Source of the DNA: Candidatus Latescibacterota bacterium
GTDB lineage: Bacteria > Latescibacterota > UBA2968 > GCA-2709665
Direction: 5' to 3'
Assembly: GCA_965205485.1 (NCBI GenBank)
Contig: OZ242180.1
Span: forward strand, 1,408,001 to 1,472,000
Length of the DNA: 64,000 bases
The position numbers and the translations under genes are program-made. Positions 28,814-38,017 of this stretch are shown here, one piece after another. Under the pieces are notes generated by a model that was not told the DNA's origin, made no database searches, and saw only the letters and a program-made list of their open reading frames with translations. Position 1 is the first letter of the stretch. Each line of letters starts with the position of its first letter.

Positions 28814-31800
28814 CTACGGCGCAATCACAAAAGCCACGTCCTTTTCAACCTTCTCACCGCTGTTCGCGTCGTCGATCGATACCTTCAACGCGTATCGTCC
28901 CGGAACGTGTTCATCCAGCGCGAGTTCGACGTATTCCTCTTCCTGTGCCGAAGCGCCCTGCTGTTCGTACGTGACGGCCAGTTCCTCGCGTTTTCCGGTT
29001 CCCCACCGGAACAGGTGGGCGATGTTGCCCTTCCGGCCCGGGATGTCTCTCGACGTGATGGCATAGGACACTTTGTAGTTCGTCTGTCCGAACGCGTCCT
29101 TGTGCAGATTGTAGATTTCGTAGTAGACGAAAACGCTCTGACCCTTTTTGAACGTCCTCGAAGGCATCGGAACGACGTTCAGCTCTCCCTTGACAAATTT
29201 GCCGGTCCCATTTGCCGCGACAACCCGCCACGCCAGTTCCAGGTCGCTGATCTGCAACCGTTCCTCGCCATAGGGATCCACGTCGACCTGCTGCCGATAG
29301 ATGCCCGTTCGTCCCCTCAACCGGTCCTGCGCCTTCACCTCGAGGCGGTAGGACCCGGAAGGCAGGTTCAGCTTCAGAACATCAGGCGTCAGCAAGCCCT
29401 CGCCGGCCCGGTTTCCGGCGGCTTCGATGGTCGTTTCATCCGTCCGCCGGTAGACCGTGTCCTGCGACGACGAAATGAGCGCCGCGTGGTGCGTCAAAAC
29501 CTGCCGCGTGACGTCCTCTTCCGGCACGTAATGCGCCGGTAGAATGGGGACGCCGTAGTAGATTTCGAGGAGGCTGCGACCGTCTTCGCCCCTGAAGTCG
29601 GCAAGCGAATAGTGGAAGTCGAGCTGCGGCGTTTCATGTCGTGGCGTGTAGAAATCGGGCGTGACACGCGCTGCTCGCCGGTAGACGGAATGGGGCGCGT
29701 GCCTGCTTAAGGACGCGGTCTGGCCGATTGATATATCCCCCTGGTTCGGCGGTACTGGCGCATAATCGTAGTTTCCGGAACCAATTTCGTCGGTAAAGGT
29801 GATTTCAATGCCTCCGCCCGCATCGGTGTAGATCCACGTTTCCCAGGGTACAGTACTCCGGTCTTCGCCCGAAGTCACCGGGTGATAGTCGCCGAATCCG
29901 AGGCTTTCGTCCAGTGGCAAAATGCCTAACTTCACGGAATCGTCATTCACGAAGAAATCGTCCATTTCTCTGTCCTGATCCAGTTCCGTATCGCCCGCCT
30001 CCGTACCATGGTCCGCCGCGCCGGCAATCTCACACGCCGATGGTTCCGAATTCTCGATTTTAAACTCTTTTAATTCGTACCATGCGCCGTCGAGCTGCTT
30101 GAGGCTGCGGACGGGATAGACGGGTCCGACAAACGTGTGCGCGCGGACGTCGCCCTTATAGATGTTGTAGGCGAGACGCTCCTTGACCCGCTGCACTTTC
30201 AGGCTCTGTCTGAAGTTGGGGTCGTCCGACCGGGACCGATGATCCGGTTCACCGAATCGGATATAGACGTCTCCTCTCGCGTCCCACGGTTGGTTGCCTT
30301 CCGAAAACTCCGTCAACGCGTGCCAGACCCTCCGGTAGTGTTCCAACTGGCGTTCGTTCACCGGGGTGGACAGGTCCGGGTCCTTCCCGTTCCAGAATCG
30401 CTTGAGATACGTGTCACGATCCAGGCCCTCGGCCCCATCAAACGCCCGGAGCTCCTCACCGGAGGCGACAAGCGAGATATCTTCGTACCATTCCTGCTTT
30501 TCCGGACCAAGTTTGGAGATGTAGTCTTCGAAGAACGCCATCGCCATGTCCGGCTTGTCCTGTTCGATGGCGGAAATGGCGACAATGGGCATCAGTTCGA
30601 TGGCTTCGGGGTGCGTCCTGACGAAATCCAGCAGATGGTCCATAATCCTGGAATAATCTCTGACTTTCAGGTACGCAACCCCCAGCCGGCGCTGCGCGTC
30701 AGCGTCTTCCGGGCGAAGCGCGAGGTACCTGGTATACCAGACGACGGCCTTCTCGAATTCCCACGACAGGTTCAGATAGTAGTCCGCAATCAGCAGGTAG
30801 GCATCCGCGTGGTCCGGGTCCATTCTCAGGACTCTTTTTGCCTCCAGTTCGGCATCGCGCTGTTTCATCGCATATCGCACTCTGGCCATCTGATACCGCG
30901 CGTCCACGAAATCCCGGTCCTTGATCAACGCCTCCGTAAAGTGGTGAATCGCGAAATGCCGCTGCATCGGCCACGTCGTGTAGAGCATTCCCAGGCCGTG
31001 GTGGGCCAGCGCCTTGCTCCCCAGGGTCAGCGCCCGATGAAACGCGTCCTTCGATTCCTCGAATCGCTTCAGTTTCAGGAGAATGTGACCGAGGTGGATG
31101 TATGCATCGGGATCCCTGGGGCGTTGTCGCGCGACGTTCCGGAAGATCAGGCGCGCCCGATCCAGATCATCCGCGTCCATGGCGCGGCGTCCACTGGCGG
31201 CCAGGCTGTCGACCTGTGCCGCGCGCGGTGTTGAGATTATCGTGTGACCGCCGTCGAGACCGGCGACGCCGTCGATCCGGTCGCCTCGGTGCCAGAAACA
31301 TGCCAGGGCCGGCGCGCCAGGCAACCCGTCATGTCTATAGAGATAGTCGCTGAGAAATGAGTAGTCCCGGTTAGCCGGGCAGGAGAACTGCACGCCGAGG
31401 ATGGTTGTGTAGTCATCCCGTTCGTTCCCGGCGGGCGTTTCTGCAACAATCCTGGCCGTTGCCCACCCGTGTAGTTCTCCAAGATCCGCGGGTGCGGCGC
31501 CGTTTCGCGCGTGCTTGAATCCCTCGATCAACCGCAGCATCCCCGTCAGACGCTCCCGGCAGTTGCGTCGGTCGGCCTCCCTGGTTTCTGTGTCGATCCA
31601 TTCTTCGCAGACTTCGATGTATCTCGTGCAACTCTTTCTCGACAGTCCGTACTTCGCAGCCCCATCGTCGAGTTTCCTGAATGCGCGCCTGGCCTGCTCG
31701 AACATCTTCTCCGCTCTGGATTCGTTTTCCCGGTGCAGCGCATTCCTTCCGCGTATGTACAAATCCAGGCCGGCGCCGATCAGGCCCAGGGCCGCATCTG

Positions 31801-32551
31801 CACCGTTGGCCCCGCGCATGGCCGGGGAGGTCCGGGTATGCGGGAATGTCTTGCGGATTCGTTGCCCGATCGTGGATATATCTTTTTTGGTATCCGTCTG
31901 AACGGCCTCTCCCGTGTCTGCGTGAATGCGGATCGACTCCGCTCCGTCATTGATTCGGCACCTGACAGAGTTCCCGTCCGCTGACCACGCTACCGGCCCC
32001 GCGACGTCGCCGGCAAAAAGACGCCTGACACCGCCGCGGTCATTCACGATCCATAGACCGCGGTCGACGCCGGCCAATTCACTCCCGCGATACCCGACAA
32101 TCGCTAACGACCGTCCACCGGGAGAGGTCGCGAAGTCGAGGGGCTGCAGGTCTCCGGGCAGCGGCCACGGCTCCTCTCCGGCGCCGTCCAGGCTCAACCG
32201 CCAGATTCGGCTGCGAGTAATCGGCAGTGTGCGGCCGCCGTAAAAGTACGACCCCCACGCTTCCCGTCGCAGGCTTCGCTCCAGGTAGATCAGTTCGTCC
32301 CCGCCAGGCGCAAATTGAAGGGTTCCGGGTTCGCCGGGAAAGGCTCTCAGCATTCTGGAGCCATCGTCTCTCGAGGAGACGAGCCATATCTCGGACAGCG
32401 ATACCGCCCCTTCGCCACGTCTGACGACATAGGCCAGATGCCCGCCATCCGTCGAGCTCACGGCAGGTATATCTTCCCCCGAGGTCTCGACAATGCCAGG
32501 CAGCGTCAAAATACCCAACGCGCTTATGAGCAGGTTCTTCGTCCATTGCAT
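28814..32551 (-). CDS. TPR + GWxTD-domain exported protein, class A copy 1
   Basis: Signal peptide; TolB-like N-terminus; TPRs; FWNGKDPDLSTPVNER..EHYRRV; PWDARGDVYIRFGEPD; ISDLELA, VPMPSRTF and VYYEIYNL C-terminal sandwich motifs; GGAGG SD before ATG 32551. Confidence 0.85.
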   Translation of the reverse strand: MQWTKNLLISALGILTLPGIVETSGEDIPAVSSTDGGHLAYVVRRGEGAVSLSEIWLVSSRDDGSRMLRAFPGEPGTLQFAPGGDELIYLERSLRREAWGSYFYGGRTLPITRSRIWRLSLDGAGEEPWPLPGDLQPLDFATSPGGRSLAIVGYRGSELAGVDRGLWIVNDRGGVRRLFAGDVAGPVAWSADGNSVRCRINDGAESIRIHADTGEAVQTDTKKDISTIGQRIRKTFPHTRTSPAMRGANGADAALGLIGAGLDLYIRGRNALHRENESRAEKMFEQARRAFRKLDDGAAKYGLSRKSCTRYIEVCEEWIDTETREADRRNCRERLTGMLRLIEGFKHARNGAAPADLGELHGWATARIVAETPAGNERDDYTTILGVQFSCPANRDYSFLSDYLYRHDGLPGAPALACFWHRGDRIDGVAGLDGGHTIISTPRAAQVDSLAASGRRAMDADDLDRARLIFRNVARQRPRDPDAYIHLGHILLKLKRFEESKDAFHRALTLGSKALAHHGLGMLYTTWPMQRHFAIHHFTEALIKDRDFVDARYQMARVRYAMKQRDAELEAKRVLRMDPDHADAYLLIADYYLNLSWEFEKAVVWYTRYLALRPEDADAQRRLGVAYLKVRDYSRIMDHLLDFVRTHPEAIELMPIVAISAIEQDKPDMAMAFFEDYISKLGPEKQEWYEDISLVASGEELRAFDGAEGLDRDTYLKRFWNGKDPDLSTPVNERQLEHYRRVWHALTEFSEGNQPWDARGDVYIRFGEPDHRSRSDDPNFRQSLKVQRVKERLAYNIYKGDVRAHTFVGPVYPVRSLKQLDGAWYELKEFKIENSEPSACEIAGAADHGTEAGDTELDQDREMDDFFVNDDSVKLGILPLDESLGFGDYHPVTSGEDRSTVPWETWIYTDAGGGIEITFTDEIGSGNYDYAPVPPNQGDISIGQTASLSRHAPHSVYRRAARVTPDFYTPRHETPQLDFHYSLADFRGEDGRSLLEIYYGVPILPAHYVPEEDVTRQVLTHHAALISSSQDTVYRRTDETTIEAAGNRAGEGLLTPDVLKLNLPSGSYRLEVKAQDRLRGRTGIYRQQVDVDPYGEERLQISDLELAWRVVAANGTGKFVKGELNVVPMPSRTFKKGQSVFVYYEIYNLHKDAFGQTNYKVSYAITSRDIPGRKGNIAHLFRWGTGKREELAVTYEQQGASAQEEEYVELALDEHVPGRYALKVSIDDANSGEKVEKDVAFVIAP

Positions 32552-32583
32552 CACAACACCTCCGGAGTCGTTTTCGACTCGAA

Positions 32584-33030
32584 TCACGAAGGAACGCTCG
32601 GGTCGGACATCCGCTCCCGCACCATTTCATGCCCTTCGAACAAGTCCCGCGCCACTGCCCCCTGCGCCTGGCGCGGCGGTTCGGCCCCCAGGATCCGGCA
32701 GAATGTCGGCACGACGTCGGCGGCGTGGATATACCCCAGCCTGTCCACCGGCCGCTCGTATCCGCGCTTCACCCCCGGTCCTGCCATCAACCACGAACCG
32801 AAGCTGGACGAGACCTCGCTCTGGGTCGGTAGAAAACCCCCGTGGTGCGCCCCCGTCGAGAGTGTGGCCCAGTTGGTCGGGGTCCACACCGGGAACGAGG
32901 GAAGCGTCTGGTTGACGGCGCCCTCGCGCAGCATGCGCTCGAAGTGGGGCAGCGCGCCTTCCGCGGCGAAACGCTTCATCATCGTGACGATAAAGCCGTC
33001 CATGCCAAAGGCGTAGATTTTCTGCTCCAC
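32584..33030 (-). pseudogene. Alkaline-phosphatase-superfamily (nucleotide pyrophosphatase/phosphodiesterase) gene with a large in-frame internal deletion
   Basis: N-terminal GMDG, LPHF and TPTNWATLSTG joined directly to C-terminal HHGG, MAGPGVK, DVVPT and QG; only 148 aa; GTG start with GAGGAG SD. Confidence 0.7.
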
Positions 33031-33174
33031 GTCTCCTCGTCCGGCAAAGGGTTTCGGTTGGTCAGGTGTTTGCGGGTATTCCCCCACATACAGAAACCGG
33101 GTCAGGCCCATCTCTCGCTGCGGGATTTTACGTCTGTTGTCGGGCAACCGGGATCAGGATGGGGTGGGGGGATT

Positions 33175-36100
33175 CTACTGGGCGAGAATGAAACTGGCCT
33201 GCTTCTGGGCCATATCACCGCTATTTATATCGATGACGGTCACGTTCAGGAAGTACTTGCCTGCGGGGCGGTTTTCCAGCTCGAGTTCCACGTATTCGAC
33301 TTCCATGTTATCCTCGCCCACCATCTCGTACGTCACTTCCAGCTCTTCACGTTTGCCCTTCTTCCACCTGATGAGGCTGGTGATGATGCCCAGGGGGCTG
33401 AAGCCGCCCTTCTTCGTGACGGTGTAGGATACCTGGTAGTTCGTCTGCCCGAACTCGTCCTTCGTCAGGTTATAGATTTCGTAGTACACGAATACATTCT
33501 GGCCCACCCGGTAGGTCCGCGTGGGCATGGGAATGACCCACAGCGTGCCTTTGTTGAATTTATCCTCGTCCTTGCGGTTGGATATCCGCCAGGCCAGTTC
33601 CAGGTCGCTCACCTGGAGGCTGTGCCGTTCATAGGACTCAATTTCAATGTCCTGACGATACCGCCCGTGCTGAACGGACAGGTTATCCTTTATCTTCACT
33701 TCCATCCTGTAACGCCCGGGGGGCACGTCCATACGCGCGAGGTCCGGCACGAACGCGCTCCGCTCCGCGGTCACGTCCCCCTTGGCCGCGAATTGTACCT
33801 TGTCCTCGCTCCGGTAGACCGCTCCGGTTGCCGGATTCCGCAGCGCCACGGTCCGGTCGACCATAATTTCCGTCCGGTCGTCGTCGACCATATAGTGCCC
33901 CTGGTGCCGCGGTATCCCCACGTAGACTTCCAGCGCCGTCCGGAAATCCCTTTCACTCCTGAAGTCAGCCGAGTTGAAATAGAATTCCATCGGCAGCGTG
34001 TTTTTCGGCCTCACGAAGTAGTTCGGCTGCGCCGCGGCGGCCATGAGGTAGATATTGCGGGGGCTGTAGCGGGTCAACATGGCCAGCCGGCGGGCGGGAA
34101 TCCCGGCATCCAGCGGTTCAGGCGCATAGTTGTAGTTTCCGTTGCTGAACTCGTCGGTAAAGGTAATCTCGATGCCGCTGCCCACATCGACGTACGTCCA
34201 CGTTTCCCAAGGGACCATCGAGCCGTCGTAAGTCGCCGTGACCGGTCTGTAGGACCCTCCGCGACCCCTGCCGCGCAGGCTGCGCACGGGGTAGACCGGA
34301 CCGACGAATGTTGAGCTGGCGCCGCGAAGGCCGATGCCTTGGCGCGGCGGGCGCGCAGCCCCGTAGAGCGTCCTGGAAAGACGTTCCTTGACCCGCTGGA
34401 CCGCCATGGATTGCTGGAAGTTCAACTCTTTGGAGGTGGAGCGGTGGTCGGGTTCGCCGAAACGGATGTAGACTTCGCCGCGCTGGTCCCAGGGCTGCCT
34501 GCCATCGGAGAAATTCTGCATGGCGAACGACACCCGCCGATAGTGCTCCAGGAGGCGCTCGTTGGCGGCCGTGGTCAGGTCAGGGTCCTGGTCCGCCCAG
34601 AACTTCCTCACAAAGTCCCACCGGTCTTCCAGCGGTGTCTTTTCGAAAGCCGCCAGCGTCTCCTTGGGCGCAACCAGCCGGATATCGTGGTAATGACCCT
34701 TCTCCGCAGCATCGGCTCCTTCGAGAAAGTCTCTGAAGAAGGCGGCGGCCCTGTCGTAGGCCCCAAGTTTCATGCAGGCCTGGGCGAGGATGGGCAGGAC
34801 CTGGTCGTCGTCGGGATTCTGTATGGCATAATCCTCCAGGACTTCCAGGATGCGGCCGTAGTCCTTCGTTCTCAGGTAGATCGATCCCAGCCGCTTCCGC
34901 CCTTCCGGGTCGCCGGGCCGCAGTCCCATATACTTCGCATAGTAGAGCGCGGCTTTCTCGTAGTCTTTCTCGAATTCCTCCACCCATTTCCCCATCAGCA
35001 GATAGGCGGGGGCGTAGCGGGGGTCAATCGCCAGTACTTTTTTGACTTCCCGCCGTACGTCGTGTTCGTCCAGTTTGTACCGGATATCGGCAATATTGAA
35101 CCTTGATTCCACGTGGTTCCGGTCGTACTGAAGGGCTTTCTGAAAATAGCGGATGGCGTCGTAATTCCCCCTGGGCCACTTGCGGAAGGTGAGACCCAGG
35201 CCGAAGTAGGCCTCGGCCAGCGTGTGGTCGCATTCGATCGCGCGTTCGAACGATTTGACGGCGCGCTCCAGCTTCTCCGCCTCCAGATAGGCGAACCCGA
35301 GCCTGCTGTGCCCGCGGGCGTAGTCCTGAGCCACGCCGGCCAGGATTTCAAGGGTGGAGATCGCCCGAAGCGGCTCAAGCGGGGTGAGTTCAGTGCCGAG
35401 GTTTAGGAGAGAATCAATCTGCGCCTTGCCCACGCGCCGGTCGCCGGTGCGATATCCCGCGCTGCCGCGGACGGCTTCAACCAGGTAACCCTCGTGGAAG
35501 AAGCTGGTGACAACGGCTTCGCCGTCCTCCGCTTCAGGGCGGTATCCGTGCGTGTAGCTGTACTGGCGGTCTTTTTCACGGTCCATCGCTGAGCGGAACA
35601 GCTTTTCTACGACGATGGAGTCGGCGGGGGTAAGCGTATGGGTTTCAATCCAGTTCCTGAGTGTGGCCAGGTCGGCCGGACGCTGGTTTTCGTGTGCTTG
35701 TTCATAAGCATGCAGCGCGTCACCGATTACAGTCAGGTGGTCACGGCAGACCCAGCGGGCGCCGGGCGTCGCATCGGCTTGCCCGGCCGTTGCGGCCAGC
35801 GCCCCCGCGTAGGACAGGACCGGCTCTTCGTAGAGCCCGTACTTTTTAAATCTGAGAGGCAGGGCCGCCCATGTACGGGAGGCTTTCCGGTAACGCTTCA
35901 CCGCCGATCGGAATTCCCAGCGGTGCACGGTGGTGTAGGCCAGGGCCGAGGCATTGAATGCCGTCGCAACGCCCCACAGCACGGCCTTTGCAGCAGGGGT
36001 CGGGCGCGGCGGGTTTCCGGCCACGACGACCGGCGACGTTACCGGTTCCGCCCCGAAGTCTGTTTTCGAACGCGCGATCGATCCGTCCAGGACAGAAATC

Positions 36101-36480
36101 TCCCAGACACCGGGTTCGACCAGCGGCAAGGACCTGTTCGGGAGCATGGTAAGCGTATGCAGGGGGACCTTTAAGGCAGTCTCCTGAAAGCGAAGACGTT
36201 CCCCGTGCGCAACCCAATCCAGTCGCCCCGGCGGGCCGGGGAAGGTGCCGAGGTGGCGAGGCTGGCTTCCACGGGTTTCGACCCATATTTCGGTAATGGC
36301 TGAGGAACCGGTCTCCAGCCCGATCGCCCAGGCGGTCTGCCCGCCACTGGAGGCCGATATCGTGGTCTGACGAACTTGCGCATCGAGGTTCTCAAGAGGG
36401 AAAGACGCCGTGATGATCACGACCGCGAACAGAGCCAATCGCCACGGTTTCATACGCGTGGATTCAATAACTGGTGCCAT
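33175..36480 (-). CDS. TPR + GWxTD-domain exported protein, class B copy 1 (alternative start 36522)
   Basis: Signal-like segment; TPRs; DPDLTTAANERLLEHYRRV; PWDQRGEVYIRFGEPD; VYYEIYNL. Confidence 0.85.
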   Translation of the reverse strand: MAPVIESTRMKPWRLALFAVVIITASFPLENLDAQVRQTTISASSGGQTAWAIGLETGSSAITEIWVETRGSQPRHLGTFPGPPGRLDWVAHGERLRFQETALKVPLHTLTMLPNRSLPLVEPGVWEISVLDGSIARSKTDFGAEPVTSPVVVAGNPPRPTPAAKAVLWGVATAFNASALAYTTVHRWEFRSAVKRYRKASRTWAALPLRFKKYGLYEEPVLSYAGALAATAGQADATPGARWVCRDHLTVIGDALHAYEQAHENQRPADLATLRNWIETHTLTPADSIVVEKLFRSAMDREKDRQYSYTHGYRPEAEDGEAVVTSFFHEGYLVEAVRGSAGYRTGDRRVGKAQIDSLLNLGTELTPLEPLRAISTLEILAGVAQDYARGHSRLGFAYLEAEKLERAVKSFERAIECDHTLAEAYFGLGLTFRKWPRGNYDAIRYFQKALQYDRNHVESRFNIADIRYKLDEHDVRREVKKVLAIDPRYAPAYLLMGKWVEEFEKDYEKAALYYAKYMGLRPGDPEGRKRLGSIYLRTKDYGRILEVLEDYAIQNPDDDQVLPILAQACMKLGAYDRAAAFFRDFLEGADAAEKGHYHDIRLVAPKETLAAFEKTPLEDRWDFVRKFWADQDPDLTTAANERLLEHYRRVSFAMQNFSDGRQPWDQRGEVYIRFGEPDHRSTSKELNFQQSMAVQRVKERLSRTLYGAARPPRQGIGLRGASSTFVGPVYPVRSLRGRGRGGSYRPVTATYDGSMVPWETWTYVDVGSGIEITFTDEFSNGNYNYAPEPLDAGIPARRLAMLTRYSPRNIYLMAAAAQPNYFVRPKNTLPMEFYFNSADFRSERDFRTALEVYVGIPRHQGHYMVDDDRTEIMVDRTVALRNPATGAVYRSEDKVQFAAKGDVTAERSAFVPDLARMDVPPGRYRMEVKIKDNLSVQHGRYRQDIEIESYERHSLQVSDLELAWRISNRKDEDKFNKGTLWVIPMPTRTYRVGQNVFVYYEIYNLTKDEFGQTNYQVSYTVTKKGGFSPLGIITSLIRWKKGKREELEVTYEMVGEDNMEVEYVELELENRPAGKYFLNVTVIDINSGDMAQKQASFILAQ

Positions 36481-36915
36481 GATGTCAACCTCATCCGAAC
36501 CGGTAAGCCTCGTTCGATACACGACTCCTTCTCCAACGTACCCTGTTCCGATCCAGCATGTTATGCGATTTCAACCGGCAGTGCAAGCTTTTTGCGTACG
36601 AACTGACGTGTTAAAACCATCGTCACAGACGGTCGGCGACGGTTCAGGACAGCGAGCATCACTCCCTCCTTGAGTGGGAGTCGGCAAGCCCGAAGGCGTG
36701 CCGGTGGGCGAGAATCACGCGTTCCTATGATCGCCACACCCTGGAAAGCGCCCAGGCTTGTGGTGATATGCAAACCGCAGAGCATTTGAGGGTGGAGCGG
36801 ACATTCCTGTCTGCTCACGTACGAAAAATCGAGATCGCAAATGAGACAGCAGCGAACGCCCATCCGCCTGACCGTGAAGAAAAACGCCTGAGAAGTCTGG
36901 TATTACGACGGCGAG

Positions 36916-38007
36916 CTACGGGGTATAGATGATAACTTCAGCCGTCGAAACCAGATCCTTCAGCCCGCCGGAAAACATAATTCTGCCGTCTTTAAGTGGC
37001 GTAATGGCATATGCAAGTCGATTCTGGCCGATGCTGTGTCCCGTACGGATGGCAGCGCCTGAGGCGGGATCGTAAATCGCCACTTCACCGCCGGACAGCA
37101 GAAACACCTTTCCGCTCGGCAAAAGGAACGCGGACTCGATGGATGGCAGTCCGGTATCACCCGCCTGCGCGAACAGGCCTGTTGCGGGATTGAAGATTTC
37201 GGCCGTCGTTACTTGCTGCACGTTGTCCGTTTCGATTGTGCCCCTGCGCCCGCCGACGATCAACACCCTGCCGCCCTGAAGAAGCAATGCCTCGTGTCCC
37301 CATCGGTCATCGTTCAATATGCCAACTTCTGCAAAGGAATGGGTTGTGGGATCGTAAATCTCGGATCTCTCGACCATGCCGGCCGCATTCATCCCGCCGG
37401 CGATGAGAACGCGGCCGTCCTGCAGAAGGGTGGCTGAATGGTTCGTTCTGGGGGCGATCATCCTGTCAGATGAAGTGAACTCCCAGGTATTCTGATCGAG
37501 AATGCCCGCGTTGCCCCCTTCATCGGTCACGAAAATGTCTCCCGTCGAAAGAATCGTCGTCGCGACACTTCGTCCGAATTCGGCCGCGTCCGCAAGGATT
37601 GCGAATTTTCCGGTCTGCGGGTCGTAGATGTCCGGGGGATGGAGATCGTTACCTTTGATGATGACACGACCATCCCGCAAAGGGATTGCCCTGTGCTGTG
37701 AGCGTGCCTGCGACATGTCGCCCGTTGCCGACGAGGTCCCCTTTGTCGGATCGAACAACTCCGCCGTAGCGTGCCTTAACTCAGGGGACGAATGACCCGG
37801 CCGGTCCGTCTCATATCCGCCCGTGATCAGGACACGACCGTCTTTCAGCAAAGTCGCCGTATGGAAAAACCGCGTCGCCGTCATCGTCCCGACGACCTTG
37901 AACACCTCAGACTCGCCGGATGGATCCGGAGACGTGGGCGAATCCGATCCACATGCCGGGAGACTTAAGAAGAACGCCAACGCAAGCGGATATCCTGTAG
38001 ACATCAT
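36916..38007 (-). CDS. Kelch-repeat lipoprotein K8 (10 nt downstream of GWxTD-C1)
   Basis: LPAC lipobox; Kelch repeats; ends VIIYTP. Confidence 0.9.
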   Translation of the reverse strand: MMSTGYPLALAFFLSLPACGSDSPTSPDPSGESEVFKVVGTMTATRFFHTATLLKDGRVLITGGYETDRPGHSSPELRHATAELFDPTKGTSSATGDMSQARSQHRAIPLRDGRVIIKGNDLHPPDIYDPQTGKFAILADAAEFGRSVATTILSTGDIFVTDEGGNAGILDQNTWEFTSSDRMIAPRTNHSATLLQDGRVLIAGGMNAAGMVERSEIYDPTTHSFAEVGILNDDRWGHEALLLQGGRVLIVGGRRGTIETDNVQQVTTAEIFNPATGLFAQAGDTGLPSIESAFLLPSGKVFLLSGGEVAIYDPASGAAIRTGHSIGQNRLAYAITPLKDGRIMFSGGLKDLVSTAEVIIYTP

Positions 38008-38017
38008 ATGCCCTTTT

